From Perkinsela sp. CCAP 1560/9 (lineage: Eukaryota > Protista > Euglenozoa: Kinetoplastea): a stretch of DNA of 64,000 nt. Positions within the stretch are counted from its first letter, which is position 1. Each line of letters opens with the position of its first letter. A program made the translations under genes and the position numbers. Below the pieces are notes generated by a model that was given only the letters and a program-made list of their open reading frames with translations, was not told where the DNA came from and searched no databases. Positions 45,001 to 54,168 of this stretch are shown here, in pieces. Location: assembly GCA_965644495.1 (NCBI GenBank), contig CBFFSA010000012.1, forward strand, positions 394,850 to 458,849, in the 5' to 3' direction.

Positions 45001-45092
45001 CTTCTGGTGTAGACGGAAATGATACCTCTACCGAAATGGACACAGAATCCGTATCCTCAACTAATTCTGCTACGCAGAAAGAAGAATTGTAG
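42051..45092 (+). CDS. HYOU1: ER Hsp70/Hsp110-family chaperone (HYOU1/Grp170/Lhs1)
   Basis: Signal-like segment, VGIDLGSEFVK, IVLNEQTRRKTP, VFDMGAS, LNGDESAALGA, C-terminal KEEL; first ATG at 42051. Confidence 0.9.
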   Translation: MPSALRKPTEARSYIQSLRRLSLFFTLLLCSFGYGPFFSHRNTKSFHPHSSFSLPGVRAEMVGIDLGSEFVKLAKVQSGPSRGAPIEIVLNEQTRRKTPNVVGFRNSDLYVGENAKALCGRFPQHMAPMMNRIVGESFDSNGFTDEKESENGDSEAHPHERTSLKDWFSRDLAFTNQIERNPARNTFSVVLPAAPSPFLPTEENVDLSEGTSEETSPPASPNTPISPLPSGIHPYDPETLLGFLFSYLYDLTKAANLHLPSSPSLSPKPRAQKIKKQKSNQPKSFSKESEDSKEEFHESFMAPQMKNIEAALVVPYFFNTRQREGLVHAAALGGIAVNAILHTTTAVALHYGVQNRGLGNASLYFMVFDMGASRTEAGIYHYEPPEPGAPNAEAFGTLRTVSLASDRFLGTRLFDRRLAEVIAAEFTAKTKIKIDLSLGAKASVAERKGSASLLRAANGLREVLSANRYAPVTVESIVQDRDFSTTITRELFESKCVDLFERARRVAEKALQRANLSPDDLASLEIHGGGVRMPKILDDLAQFYGKPVDRTLNGDESAALGAAFYAAKRSGMFSARGFRIEELNPHSLDFVVSDGKAVPESAEPMAEENSEIDTNSVLGDDTKAAVAKGKISTPRTLFVGYNSSYPSSRKTITLHRTEDFSVSFREDKRLENTVTLSPIHDALTSWGYFDPELSHPDNKQKVQLETRIGENGILDVSQAELVFNQWRNISRMVRKRAVAKPNQGGEQENSEMQNVEKGENQKDSALSENNSAVSQEKTTSDVENEVETMKTNEEPATKESNSSVQSDNSSAKDFTTPTDLNNDLVFEREYKLELTEHRTPLNLIWTYSFPQPLSSHDRIQTQSFLHRQLAYETHKRKTAAAKNDLEALLLDTLTEWIPHHRTYGFIKKHEEEPIRTIMEDIKAWLEEGDGCTMSVTHFHFEEKIREVHAEKEKIEERKRPKREEKTMSNETAGNGSNASQAAPSSGVDGNDTSTEMDTESVSSTNSATQKEEL

Positions 45093-45422
45093 CCTCACAA
45101 AATCACAAAAGACGGACGTGGTTCAACGAAACAGGGATGATGAAATCTTAAAATAGACGCCATTTTGCTTCTTTTTGCTGTCTTCATCTTTTAAGTCATT
45201 TTCTAACACGTTTTGCGTACAGCAACTTATGGGCGATGCATTTCGTTGTTATTGAATGAATAAATTATGTCCCTTTTTTGGTTAAAATTCGTAATATGCA
45301 CCATTGTATTACTTACCATAATGACTTCAATTTTATGATCTGCTTTTTAAAGCTCCTGATTTCTCACCTATTTTTTCAGTAAATTAGACCCAAACGTTCG
45401 CTTGGTACGCTTCCTATTTTTA

Positions 45423-48020
45423 ATGCCATTTTCTTCGCTCCCTCGCTCTTGGGCTTTTTCACAACCTCTCCTACGTCATCTCGCGCTCCTTTTTTCTGTG
45501 TCTCTTTTCTTTATCCGAGACCGTTACAGAACTTCCCCCTTTCCGAGTGTTCTCTCCTCCGATGCCTCCCCTCTCTTTGCCTCTCCGACAACACCTTCTC
45601 CGGATTTTCCTATTCATTCCCCGGTTCCTTCTTTCCCTCCGATTTTTACCAATCACTCAAGCACATCTTCCTCACTACCTGGGTCTTCTGCTCTTCCTTC
45701 CGTTGCTTTTTCTTCCGTTTCTCGTGATTTAGTCTCTCGACAGCGGCTACTTACGACGAAACCCTCACATGCCCAGCTGTATCAGGGAACCGGATTTTCC
45801 TCTTCCTTTAGTATGCGAGGCCATCCCATTTCAAAAGGGTATCCAAAACGAAAACAGGCAAGTCCGCAAATGTCGACCAACGTTGCCTCCGGGAAGATCC
45901 AAACGCCCTGGGGCTTTGCTAATCCCTCGCAAGGCAATTTTTCACAAAGTCCGTTTTTGGCCGCGGCTTCGTCTTCCACAGTGGGGAGAGCCAACATTTC
46001 GACACCTCCTTGGATATGGCAAAAGTCATCTGGAGGGGACGAAATGAAAAGCAGGGCCTATCCTTCTCCTTTTCAAAGCACACACTCGTCGGGGACACAA
46101 AATCCGGCTCTGCATAAACCACTTGCATTACCATGGGGGACCTCCACTTCCTTTTCCTCTTTTTCTGCACAACAGGAGGGAAATGAATCTTACCCTTCCA
46201 GCGTAAACGAGAAGCCTTTTTGGGACTCTGGGGGATCTGAAACTGTGTTACAAAAGGAAACGATAGAGAAATCGCCCACACTGGAGGAAATTTATTCGGC
46301 TCAGCCCTATCCTCCCCCCACCCATGGCGCACACTACGCTGAGGTCAACATTGGCGAACGCGATGTGGTGCAAAAAGATCCGTTTTCGGAGTCCACCTAT
46401 GAGATTCCTGCAGGCACAGGCTCACTGTATACCTCCCATTCCACAGCCTACCCCTTTTCCTTTGTCCCGGAAGTGCCCTCAAATCGGTCATCTTTGCAAC
46501 CTTTCTTTCCTTCCCATACCTCTTCGTTTGAGTACGATTCGCCCACGATGGGGACGCGAACGTCTTCCGCGACCTCATCCATTTTACTTTCTCATCACAC
46601 AGGAAATACGCAGGATGAAGGAGAAATGGATCCCCATGTTTTGGAATCCACTTTTCAACCCTTAGGGCCTCAACCGGGTTTGATAAAAGATCCAGCGATT
46701 GCATCTTCTTCATTTTTGTTTGAGAAAGTAAATATTCAAAACCGAAGCCCTTTGCGTGCGACCGCTTTTTCGTCGCCCCCTTTTTCCTCTCCTCAACGTT
46801 TGGTAGGGAAATTGACATCGCCTCCGTTGACATCTGAAACGATCCGAAAATCAACCCCGGGAAAAGGAAACCTACAAGAAACCGAACACCCTAATCTCGA
46901 GAAAGTAGAACGACCCGAGCCACGACGCGAAACAGCACAACACTACCTCGAAAGAAAAAAAGATGCGAGAGGAACAACCGAACCCACCACAGAACCCTCC
47001 CTATTCGAAAAACAACAAAAAAATACAAATTTTACCCCAAATTTCACAAATCCAACGGCAAATTTGCGAAAATCACCTCCTTTTCCCCCTTCCACCGCAA
47101 CTTTCACAAATCCAACCGCAAATCTCCCCCAATCACCTCCTTTTGCTCCTTCCACCGCAAAATTAGCCCATCTCACCGCTAATTTGTCCCATCCCACCGC
47201 AAATCCCACCCCTCCAGCCCCAACCCTCCCCTCCCCCACCCCCCCCAACACCCCCGTCATCCCCCTCGGCCTCACTCTCCACATCGCCGCCCCCTCCACC
47301 CCCCCCTCCCCCATCCTCCGTCCCCTCAGTCCCCTCCCCTCTACTTTCTACTCTTCTCTTCACTCTATGAACGCTACGAACCCGAAATCCCCCAAAATCC
47401 GCCCCGGGCCGCAAGACATCGGGGAGTGGAATCTCCTCCGCGACGACTACGCCGTGAAGCCCAGCGACTGGCTCGACCGCTCCGCGGACGGCACCTGCAG
47501 CGCCCGGCCCCGGCGACTCTCCGTGTGCCACATGGAGAACCCGTTGCAGCTGCGGATCACGCTGTGCGAGAGTGTGCGCCGGTACTACGGGCTGCTGCTG
47601 CACACGTGGATCCGGGCGGCCCGGGACTGGAGATGCGCCTCGCTGGAGCTCCCGGAGATTGGACCGGAGCGGCTGGTGTGGCTGGATTGTGAGGCGGACC
47701 CGATGGTGGTGAGGGAGGGACCGCCTAAGGTGTTTGATCGGTTGTTGATGCCGAAAGCCCATGAGCGGTTGTTTTTTGAGCATTTTATACGGTATTTGCC
47801 GGAGGAGACGGCGGGGGTGCTGGAGAGGCATTTTGCGCAGGCCCCGTTGGTGGCGGTGCAGGAGTATGATCGGAGGTTGGAGGTGCGGTTGGGGTATTTG
47901 TATGCGGAGTGGACGGGGGGACGGTCGCAAATGATTTTTACGTTTTTGAATACGCATACCGAGGCGTTTTTTAAGCTCTTGTTTTGGTTTTGTTTGGGGA
48001 TTTGTATTTATTTGACGTAG
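45423..48020 (+). CDS. Hypothetical Ser/Pro-rich protein with a C-terminal globular domain, possibly Nup98/Nup145-like
   Basis: 2.6-kb ORF; disordered N-terminus with scattered aromatic residues; LLRDDYAVKPS loosely resembles the start of the nucleoporin autopeptidase domain. The start codon is uncertain (45423 or 45813). Confidence 0.55.
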   Translation: MPFSSLPRSWAFSQPLLRHLALLFSVSLFFIRDRYRTSPFPSVLSSDASPLFASPTTPSPDFPIHSPVPSFPPIFTNHSSTSSSLPGSSALPSVAFSSVSRDLVSRQRLLTTKPSHAQLYQGTGFSSSFSMRGHPISKGYPKRKQASPQMSTNVASGKIQTPWGFANPSQGNFSQSPFLAAASSSTVGRANISTPPWIWQKSSGGDEMKSRAYPSPFQSTHSSGTQNPALHKPLALPWGTSTSFSSFSAQQEGNESYPSSVNEKPFWDSGGSETVLQKETIEKSPTLEEIYSAQPYPPPTHGAHYAEVNIGERDVVQKDPFSESTYEIPAGTGSLYTSHSTAYPFSFVPEVPSNRSSLQPFFPSHTSSFEYDSPTMGTRTSSATSSILLSHHTGNTQDEGEMDPHVLESTFQPLGPQPGLIKDPAIASSSFLFEKVNIQNRSPLRATAFSSPPFSSPQRLVGKLTSPPLTSETIRKSTPGKGNLQETEHPNLEKVERPEPRRETAQHYLERKKDARGTTEPTTEPSLFEKQQKNTNFTPNFTNPTANLRKSPPFPPSTATFTNPTANLPQSPPFAPSTAKLAHLTANLSHPTANPTPPAPTLPSPTPPNTPVIPLGLTLHIAAPSTPPSPILRPLSPLPSTFYSSLHSMNATNPKSPKIRPGPQDIGEWNLLRDDYAVKPSDWLDRSADGTCSARPRRLSVCHMENPLQLRITLCESVRRYYGLLLHTWIRAARDWRCASLELPEIGPERLVWLDCEADPMVVREGPPKVFDRLLMPKAHERLFFEHFIRYLPEETAGVLERHFAQAPLVAVQEYDRRLEVRLGYLYAEWTGGRSQMIFTFLNTHTEAFFKLLFWFCLGICIYLT

Positions 48021-48211
48021 GGGGGAAAGTGAAACAAATGCAGTGGTGTGGGCTCTGGGAAAGGAATCTTTTTGAACCTCCTTGCTTATTCTTAAAAACA
48101 CGTTTGGTGCAATACAGTTTTTGTTTTAGAAGAAAAAAAATGGTGTTCTTTTTTAAGTTTTTTTTCAATGGATTAGTCTTTTCGTTCTATCTATTCTCTC
48201 CTTTACTTTTT

Positions 48212-49126
48212 ATGTTCTTTCCTCTTCCTTTGATTCCCACCCCCTGTATCTTCGATTCCCCTTTTTTCACAACACGCTGTGACGATTTTCAACCTCCTCC
48301 TGCAAAACGTCGTCGGCGCGCTTCCTCCCATAAAGTACGCAACGCTCTTCTTCCCCCGGAGTTACAGCTTTTACAGTTTATTCACAATATCTCCTCGCGT
48401 GCGGTCGGTTGGAATGAGACCACCCCGGGGTGTAGGTGGCAAGGGGTGGAATGTGACAGAGAGGGCAACGTGGTGCGATTGGGATGGAATGCGGTGCATT
48501 TGACGAGTATGAAAAAAGACGAACCTTCCTCCTTGTCCTCTTCTCCAAAATGCGATGGCAAAAACCTTTCTTTAGGAAATCATACCGATCGCGGACTCAG
48601 TTGGTCTCATCTCCCTTCCACAATTCAACACATCAACTTTTTGTGTTGCTATTTCTTTGGTCCGGTCCCGACGTCTGAACTCCCCTCTTCTCTGATCCAT
48701 TTAGTTCTCTCTCACAACTTTTTTCGAGGTTCTTTTGACATGAGCCAACTTCCGGCAAAGCTGGAAGTCGTGCGCATCAGCTCGAATTTCTTTTCGGGTC
48801 CTTTCCAGCTTGCTGCTCTTCCTGCCGGGCTAGATATTGTACTCGCGGGATGGAATTCGTTTTCTGGGTCTCTGGAACTTCGTTTTTTACCTCAAACGTT
48901 GTCGGTACTCGATGTCGGCAACAATAAACTCTCTGGTGTTGTATCCTTTGATTCTCTTCCGCAGTCCATGCGCAGATTGGGATTGCGAGAAAACTATTTC
49001 GAGGGAACAGCGGATTTGAGGCAATTGCCTCCTTGGATGGAGGAGCTCGATTTACGAGGTAATGCATGGAAGGAGGTGGTGAGTTGTCCCAAGCATTTAA
49101 CGACGTGGAGTTCTGTGGGAAGCTAG
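48212..49126 (+). CDS. Leucine-rich repeat protein (KVR-leader family)
   Basis: PPPAKRRRR, HKVRNALLPPELQL, GCRWQGVEC, LRRs; the ATG at 48212 was chosen by family alignment. Confidence 0.88.
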   Translation: MFFPLPLIPTPCIFDSPFFTTRCDDFQPPPAKRRRRASSHKVRNALLPPELQLLQFIHNISSRAVGWNETTPGCRWQGVECDREGNVVRLGWNAVHLTSMKKDEPSSLSSSPKCDGKNLSLGNHTDRGLSWSHLPSTIQHINFLCCYFFGPVPTSELPSSLIHLVLSHNFFRGSFDMSQLPAKLEVVRISSNFFSGPFQLAALPAGLDIVLAGWNSFSGSLELRFLPQTLSVLDVGNNKLSGVVSFDSLPQSMRRLGLRENYFEGTADLRQLPPWMEELDLRGNAWKEVVSCPKHLTTWSSVGS

Positions 49127-49414
49127 TCATTTTTGAGGCTTCTTGAATGTCACCGTTATCCTTCTCAAAGCATCTGCGTTGCCTAAGACACGTGCAACCT
49201 TGATGTCTCGTCCTTTCACTATGAAAATTCAGAAACGAAACGTTTTTTAGTGGTTTCAGTGCACTTGCAAATGTACAAAGTATTGGTTTTTTAACGATAC
49301 AATCTTCACGTTTTGATTTTACTTTCTGAAATTTATTGCGCTTTCTCAAAGTTTATTTTTATCCATTCTTAGCATCCATCTTTATTTTTATCTATCTTGT
49401 AGCGTTGTTTCTTC

Positions 49415-50041
49415 ATGGATGAGAGTACGAATCATCTGAATCTTTCAGATGACGAATTAACTTTTGCACAGCGATGGAAGTCGCACGTTTGGGGCGCAAA
49501 ATTACCAAAAGATTCTACGACGAATACGGCGAACTCGACAACTTTTGAAGAAAAGGGTTCTCTCCATGGTACGCGTGATTCAGTTAGAAAGGACCAACTT
49601 ACTTCCACTACTGCAAACGTTTCTTCTTTAAACTCTGGTTTTCTTTTTGAATTCTCAGCGAACCAAGAAACGGATAGTGCAGATCAGTCGAACATATCGC
49701 CTACAAAGGAAAGTTCATCCAAGCAGAATAAAAAATATACTGGTTCGGATCCTGACGAGGATGCGTTTGTTGGGAAGCTTTTTGAAAAGTATGTAAGGGG
49801 TCCCATATTATCACCTAGCGTTCTTAATGATATGTTATCGCTTCCTTCTAAGGCTGCCGAAGATGCAAGGCTTTTCTTTGAATCGCGTTGGACGACGATC
49901 GAAGCAAAAGCACAACAAAAAGTTATGCGTCAAGCCATACGAGACCTAGAAGCTGAGAGACGTGTCTCTCAATTTTCTCGTTCTTCTCACACCAAAAAAA
50001 TAGACAAAGATCAGTTTTCTCGTAAAAGAGAGAACACTTGA
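49415..50041 (+). CDS. Hypothetical protein
   Basis: 208-aa ATG ORF on the gene strand after a pyrimidine tract with AG. Confidence 0.6.
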   Translation: MDESTNHLNLSDDELTFAQRWKSHVWGAKLPKDSTTNTANSTTFEEKGSLHGTRDSVRKDQLTSTTANVSSLNSGFLFEFSANQETDSADQSNISPTKESSSKQNKKYTGSDPDEDAFVGKLFEKYVRGPILSPSVLNDMLSLPSKAAEDARLFFESRWTTIEAKAQQKVMRQAIRDLEAERRVSQFSRSSHTKKIDKDQFSRKRENT

Positions 50042-50235
50042 TATTTAGAGCTGTACATTATAATTTTCTCGTATAGCTTAATACGTGGTACACAAGCTTG
50101 ATTATTTGCATAAGACAATCTTTATTTTCTTCAGCTATTTGTTTCCAAACCAATTCAGTTTTTCGTTGAGTCTTTAACGCTTTTTGATGTGAACTCTTTT
50201 TTCTTCATTTTTTCCTTTACTTCCTGATTCTTCTT

Positions 50236-50829
50236 ATGCAGTGCGCGGATAAAACCACTCCTCGCGCAGGCAAAGTTCGCAACGCTCGTCTTCCCATAGA
50301 GTACTTACTGGAGAGAGTGGTTGAGAAAATACACTCTACAGTAGAAAATGCGATCGTCTCATGGAATACGTCCACTCCCGCATGTCAGTGGCATGGCGTG
50401 AAATGTGATGAAACGGAAAGCGTAGCCTCACTCCACTGGGCAGCACTTGGGCTCCACGGATCTATATTTTTAGACACTCTCCCACCCACGCTTTTGCATT
50501 TGGACATTTCAAGTCCCATTCTTGGTGAAAACAAGAACGCGCTGTTTGGTGAGTTGTCTTTCAGGACTCTCCCCCGAGGTCTTTTGACTTTAGATGTGCG
50601 AAATAACGATTTATGGGGAACTTTTGACGCACGCTTGCTTCCTCCTACGATTACAAAGGTTTGTATTGGTGGTAATGGTTTTATGGGTGAGGTTGTATTT
50701 AAAGAGTTACCTGCTTCGCTGGAATTCCTGGATGTCTCTTATAACGATCAATTAACAGGGACACTTGTAGAGAGCCAGTGTCGGTCCTTGGGGTATAACA
50801 TTGTTTCTACACGCATTTGGTGTGTTTAG
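50236..50829 (+). CDS. Leucine-rich repeat protein (KVR-leader family), short
   Basis: GKVRNARLPIEYLL, WNTSTPACQWHGVKC, LRRs. Confidence 0.88.
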   Translation: MQCADKTTPRAGKVRNARLPIEYLLERVVEKIHSTVENAIVSWNTSTPACQWHGVKCDETESVASLHWAALGLHGSIFLDTLPPTLLHLDISSPILGENKNALFGELSFRTLPRGLLTLDVRNNDLWGTFDARLLPPTITKVCIGGNGFMGEVVFKELPASLEFLDVSYNDQLTGTLVESQCRSLGYNIVSTRIWCV

Positions 50830-51063
50830 CCATTGTGCATCTACAATACTTTTATCTTTTTTTCAATGCAATGTGGAATCGAATAGAAGATTTTTTTCTA
50901 GATTTGTCTTACCTCATACACTGCATTGGCCCACAGATTTAACACATTCAATTTGTATTTGTCGCATAATAAACATTCGGAAATTCTTCTCTCAATATTC
51001 TGAAATTTTAAACCTAAACATTAGCTTTTCATCTTTTGTGTCGTCTTATTTTTGCCTTTCGTT

Positions 51064-53463
51064 ATGCCATCTTCTCACCATCACCGCAGTCATCATCACA
51101 GCCCACGCCGTCACGCCTCCCCTGACTCTTCATCACGGCATCATAACTCCTCATACCGTCGCTCTTACTCCGACAGACACTCCCACAGGAGTGAAAAAGA
51201 AGAACGCCATCGATCTCCTTCCTATAGAGATAAAACACATCGCTCCAGATATGAGAGTGACTCCCACCGGTCCAGTCATCACGATCGGTACGAATCCTCC
51301 CATCATTCCCGAGACACACGGCGACGTTCCACATCCGTAGACGACAAATATCGTGACAAAAAACGACAAAGAGAAGACACGTCTTCGAGAAGAAAAAGCA
51401 GAGAACGAAATGACTCTTATTCGTCCTCTTCACGGCAGCATCGTGATTCCTATGGAGACGACTCTCGTCGTCGTGATTTGTCCTCTCCTTCTCGAAACCG
51501 TTCCTCACATAATTTTATAGAAGACGACCTCCGGAGCTCCAGACGACGGACATCCCCGCAAAAACGAGATTCCCCACAATGTTCTTCTTCTTCTTCTTCG
51601 TTTTCTCACGTAACCAATTCTTACTCTAAAACACAGCCTGTTCTTCCCTCCTCTACTTCCCAAGCGAAATCATCCATGCCTCACGAAAAAGCCATTTTAG
51701 AACAAATCATCACCGAAGCCGTGAGTAGTCGTACCAAACAGTCCCCCCTCTACACGACACCCTCCCTACGCGAAACCCCTCATTCCGGTCTTCAAGGGTT
51801 AGCGTTGGAAAACGTGTCGTCGTCGCTGTCTTCTCTTGCGGCTGTTTTAGGGAATGATTTCTCACTTTCTTCGCTTTCCTCTTCTTCTTCTGGAGCTTCT
51901 GGAGTTTCTTCGTCAAACCATAGGGTTGAACTTCCACAAATTCCAAGCTCGATTCCTGCAAAACTTTATGTTGGAAATGTTCACACCTCTGTACGAGAAG
52001 AGCAAGTTTGGGGAGAGATTGAAACCCAGACGGGGTGTGAGATTACGAAAGTCACCATGGGGTATCGCCCCGGGGAAGTGCTGAACTCCTCGACGCCTCA
52101 TCGTGGCTTCTGTTTTGTAGAGTTTGTGGATTTTCGAGGCGTGCAAAATGCGATGCTGCTTCCCCCAGGGGCGTTGGAACTGAATGCACGACGGTTGAAG
52201 CTGCAATTGCCGAAAATGACAGAAGATGCGCTGCGGTCGGCCAAAATTACGCTTCCCATATTCGAGAATTTACCTCGAATGGTGCAACAAACGTTGGAGG
52301 ATGCGCTGGGGACGATTTTAGCGAGGAAGTTCGGGACGGCGTTGTCGTCGGTTTCATCATCTAGCTCTTCTGGTCGTTTAATGTCTGGAAATGCAGCCAC
52401 ATTTCTCACCTCACCATTAGATGCACTAACACTTGTTACCGCAGGGGAGGATAACGAATCCGCCGTACAATCTTGCGTCACCGATGCTGCAACGGAAAAG
52501 GCTCTCCAAGATCTCATTCAAAAATGTGCCGAGAAGGCTTGTCCCATGCCTTGGGGGGAGAACCCTCCGCCTTCTTATTCAACCTCTTTAAAAGATATAG
52601 AATCTTTTAGTTTTCTAAAACTTTTAGGCGGTTCGTTGTCTACGGAAAAAGCACCTGATTCGGCGACCAACGGAAAAGAAAAGGGGCTCGTCAGTGAGAC
52701 GGTCCCGTCTTTACCGTCGAATGCGGCTTCTACTTCGGTTCGACCCTTTGATCTCTCCTTGTGTAAACCTTCTCGCGTGGTCGCTTGTAGTCTTACCGGG
52801 ACTCTCCCGCTTCACACCCTACTCACTGTGTTATCTCAAAATCCAAATCCTCAACCTATGAACCCCCCAACACGTGAAAATAAAACAGAAACCACATCCC
52901 ACCCGTCTTTCGATAAGGAAAACACAAATGCGAAAGAAAGCACAAAGGGGCTAAAAGCAGAATCCCATGAGTTTCCCGCTGTTTCCCCCTCAGTGCCCTC
53001 TCCCCCCACCACCACATCCCATCTACTCACCACGAACTCAACCCTTTTACATGAAATTTTAAACTCCTCTTCAACCCTTGCCGCCTTCCCCTCCGAGGAG
53101 GAGCTCTCGGATCTGTTTCTTCGTTACATTTACGAAACCGCAGCTCCGTTTGGTTTTCTTCGACGCGTCGTTCGCTACACCGAGCAGCACCCCACGGGGT
53201 TTACGAAACTTCGTGTTTTATTAGAGTTTACTTCGACAGCGTTGGCCACTGAAATGGTGCAACGAAACGATTGTAAGCTATGGACCCAGTGTATGGGGGA
53301 GTATTTAGGGGAAGAGGGAAAACGAAAGGATGGACTCGCCAATGTTGAAATGACCGGGTGGGATCCGTTAGGGTGGCGCACACTGCTGAAAGGGATACGA
53401 CTGAGAGCGCAGTTTGTTCCCGAGGAGACGTTTCAAAAAGCGCTGAAAAACTGTAGTGAGTGA
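51064..53463 (+). CDS. RS-domain RRM/UHM splicing factor (PUF60/U2AF65-like)
   Basis: Arg/Ser/His-rich N-terminus; RNP2 KLYVGNV and RNP1 RGFCFVEF; C-terminal UHM-like PFGFLRRV...RVLLEF. Confidence 0.75.
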   Translation: MPSSHHHRSHHHSPRRHASPDSSSRHHNSSYRRSYSDRHSHRSEKEERHRSPSYRDKTHRSRYESDSHRSSHHDRYESSHHSRDTRRRSTSVDDKYRDKKRQREDTSSRRKSRERNDSYSSSSRQHRDSYGDDSRRRDLSSPSRNRSSHNFIEDDLRSSRRRTSPQKRDSPQCSSSSSSFSHVTNSYSKTQPVLPSSTSQAKSSMPHEKAILEQIITEAVSSRTKQSPLYTTPSLRETPHSGLQGLALENVSSSLSSLAAVLGNDFSLSSLSSSSSGASGVSSSNHRVELPQIPSSIPAKLYVGNVHTSVREEQVWGEIETQTGCEITKVTMGYRPGEVLNSSTPHRGFCFVEFVDFRGVQNAMLLPPGALELNARRLKLQLPKMTEDALRSAKITLPIFENLPRMVQQTLEDALGTILARKFGTALSSVSSSSSSGRLMSGNAATFLTSPLDALTLVTAGEDNESAVQSCVTDAATEKALQDLIQKCAEKACPMPWGENPPPSYSTSLKDIESFSFLKLLGGSLSTEKAPDSATNGKEKGLVSETVPSLPSNAASTSVRPFDLSLCKPSRVVACSLTGTLPLHTLLTVLSQNPNPQPMNPPTRENKTETTSHPSFDKENTNAKESTKGLKAESHEFPAVSPSVPSPPTTTSHLLTTNSTLLHEILNSSSTLAAFPSEEELSDLFLRYIYETAAPFGFLRRVVRYTEQHPTGFTKLRVLLEFTSTALATEMVQRNDCKLWTQCMGEYLGEEGKRKDGLANVEMTGWDPLGWRTLLKGIRLRAQFVPEETFQKALKNCSE

Positions 53464-54168
53464 AAAGGGAGGGTGTGCAGAAAGGGTGGAGATTTTAGAA
53501 ACACAAGATACTGATTTCTGAAAAGTGTTGTTTTTTTGTTTTGAATTGCTCCCGTGCAAAGTGCAGATTCTACCTTAGTTCGCACCTCATTTGTATGAAT
53601 TCATCGACATATGACTCACCCCCCACGTATGCAGGGAGAGAAAATGTGCAACCGATTGAATCGCTCCTACTGGTATGTGGTTGTTGCTTCACTAATGTTG
53701 AATGCTTGTGATCACACTTTCTAAAAAGGGATTACATGTTGCGTTCATATGACTTTTCCGTGCTCAAACATCATGATTTATAATCTTCATGTTTGAAAAA
53801 AGAAGTGTCAAAACGGAAAATCATTTTGATTCTCGTTTCTTAACATTCTAATGAAAAGATTTTCTCTCTCTGTTTTTTAATGAACGTTTTGACTGCATTA
53901 CATCTTTTGTGTCACGCCGCTAGTATTAAAAAACAATATTCAGAGAGCTTCGATCTGGTTTGTCAACTTACCGAACGACTTCTTTCCGCATGGCCAATAC
54001 GACACAGCTAAACAAGCTTTTTCCCTTTTTATCTGTAGCATCCGATTTCCTTTTTATACCCACTTCTCTCATCTTTTTTTTTCTCATCCTATTTCTTCAT
54101 TTTTAAATCACGGAAATTTTTTCGCTACTTTTCATTCTCCTATCCCCTCAAAACAAACAAAAATACAA

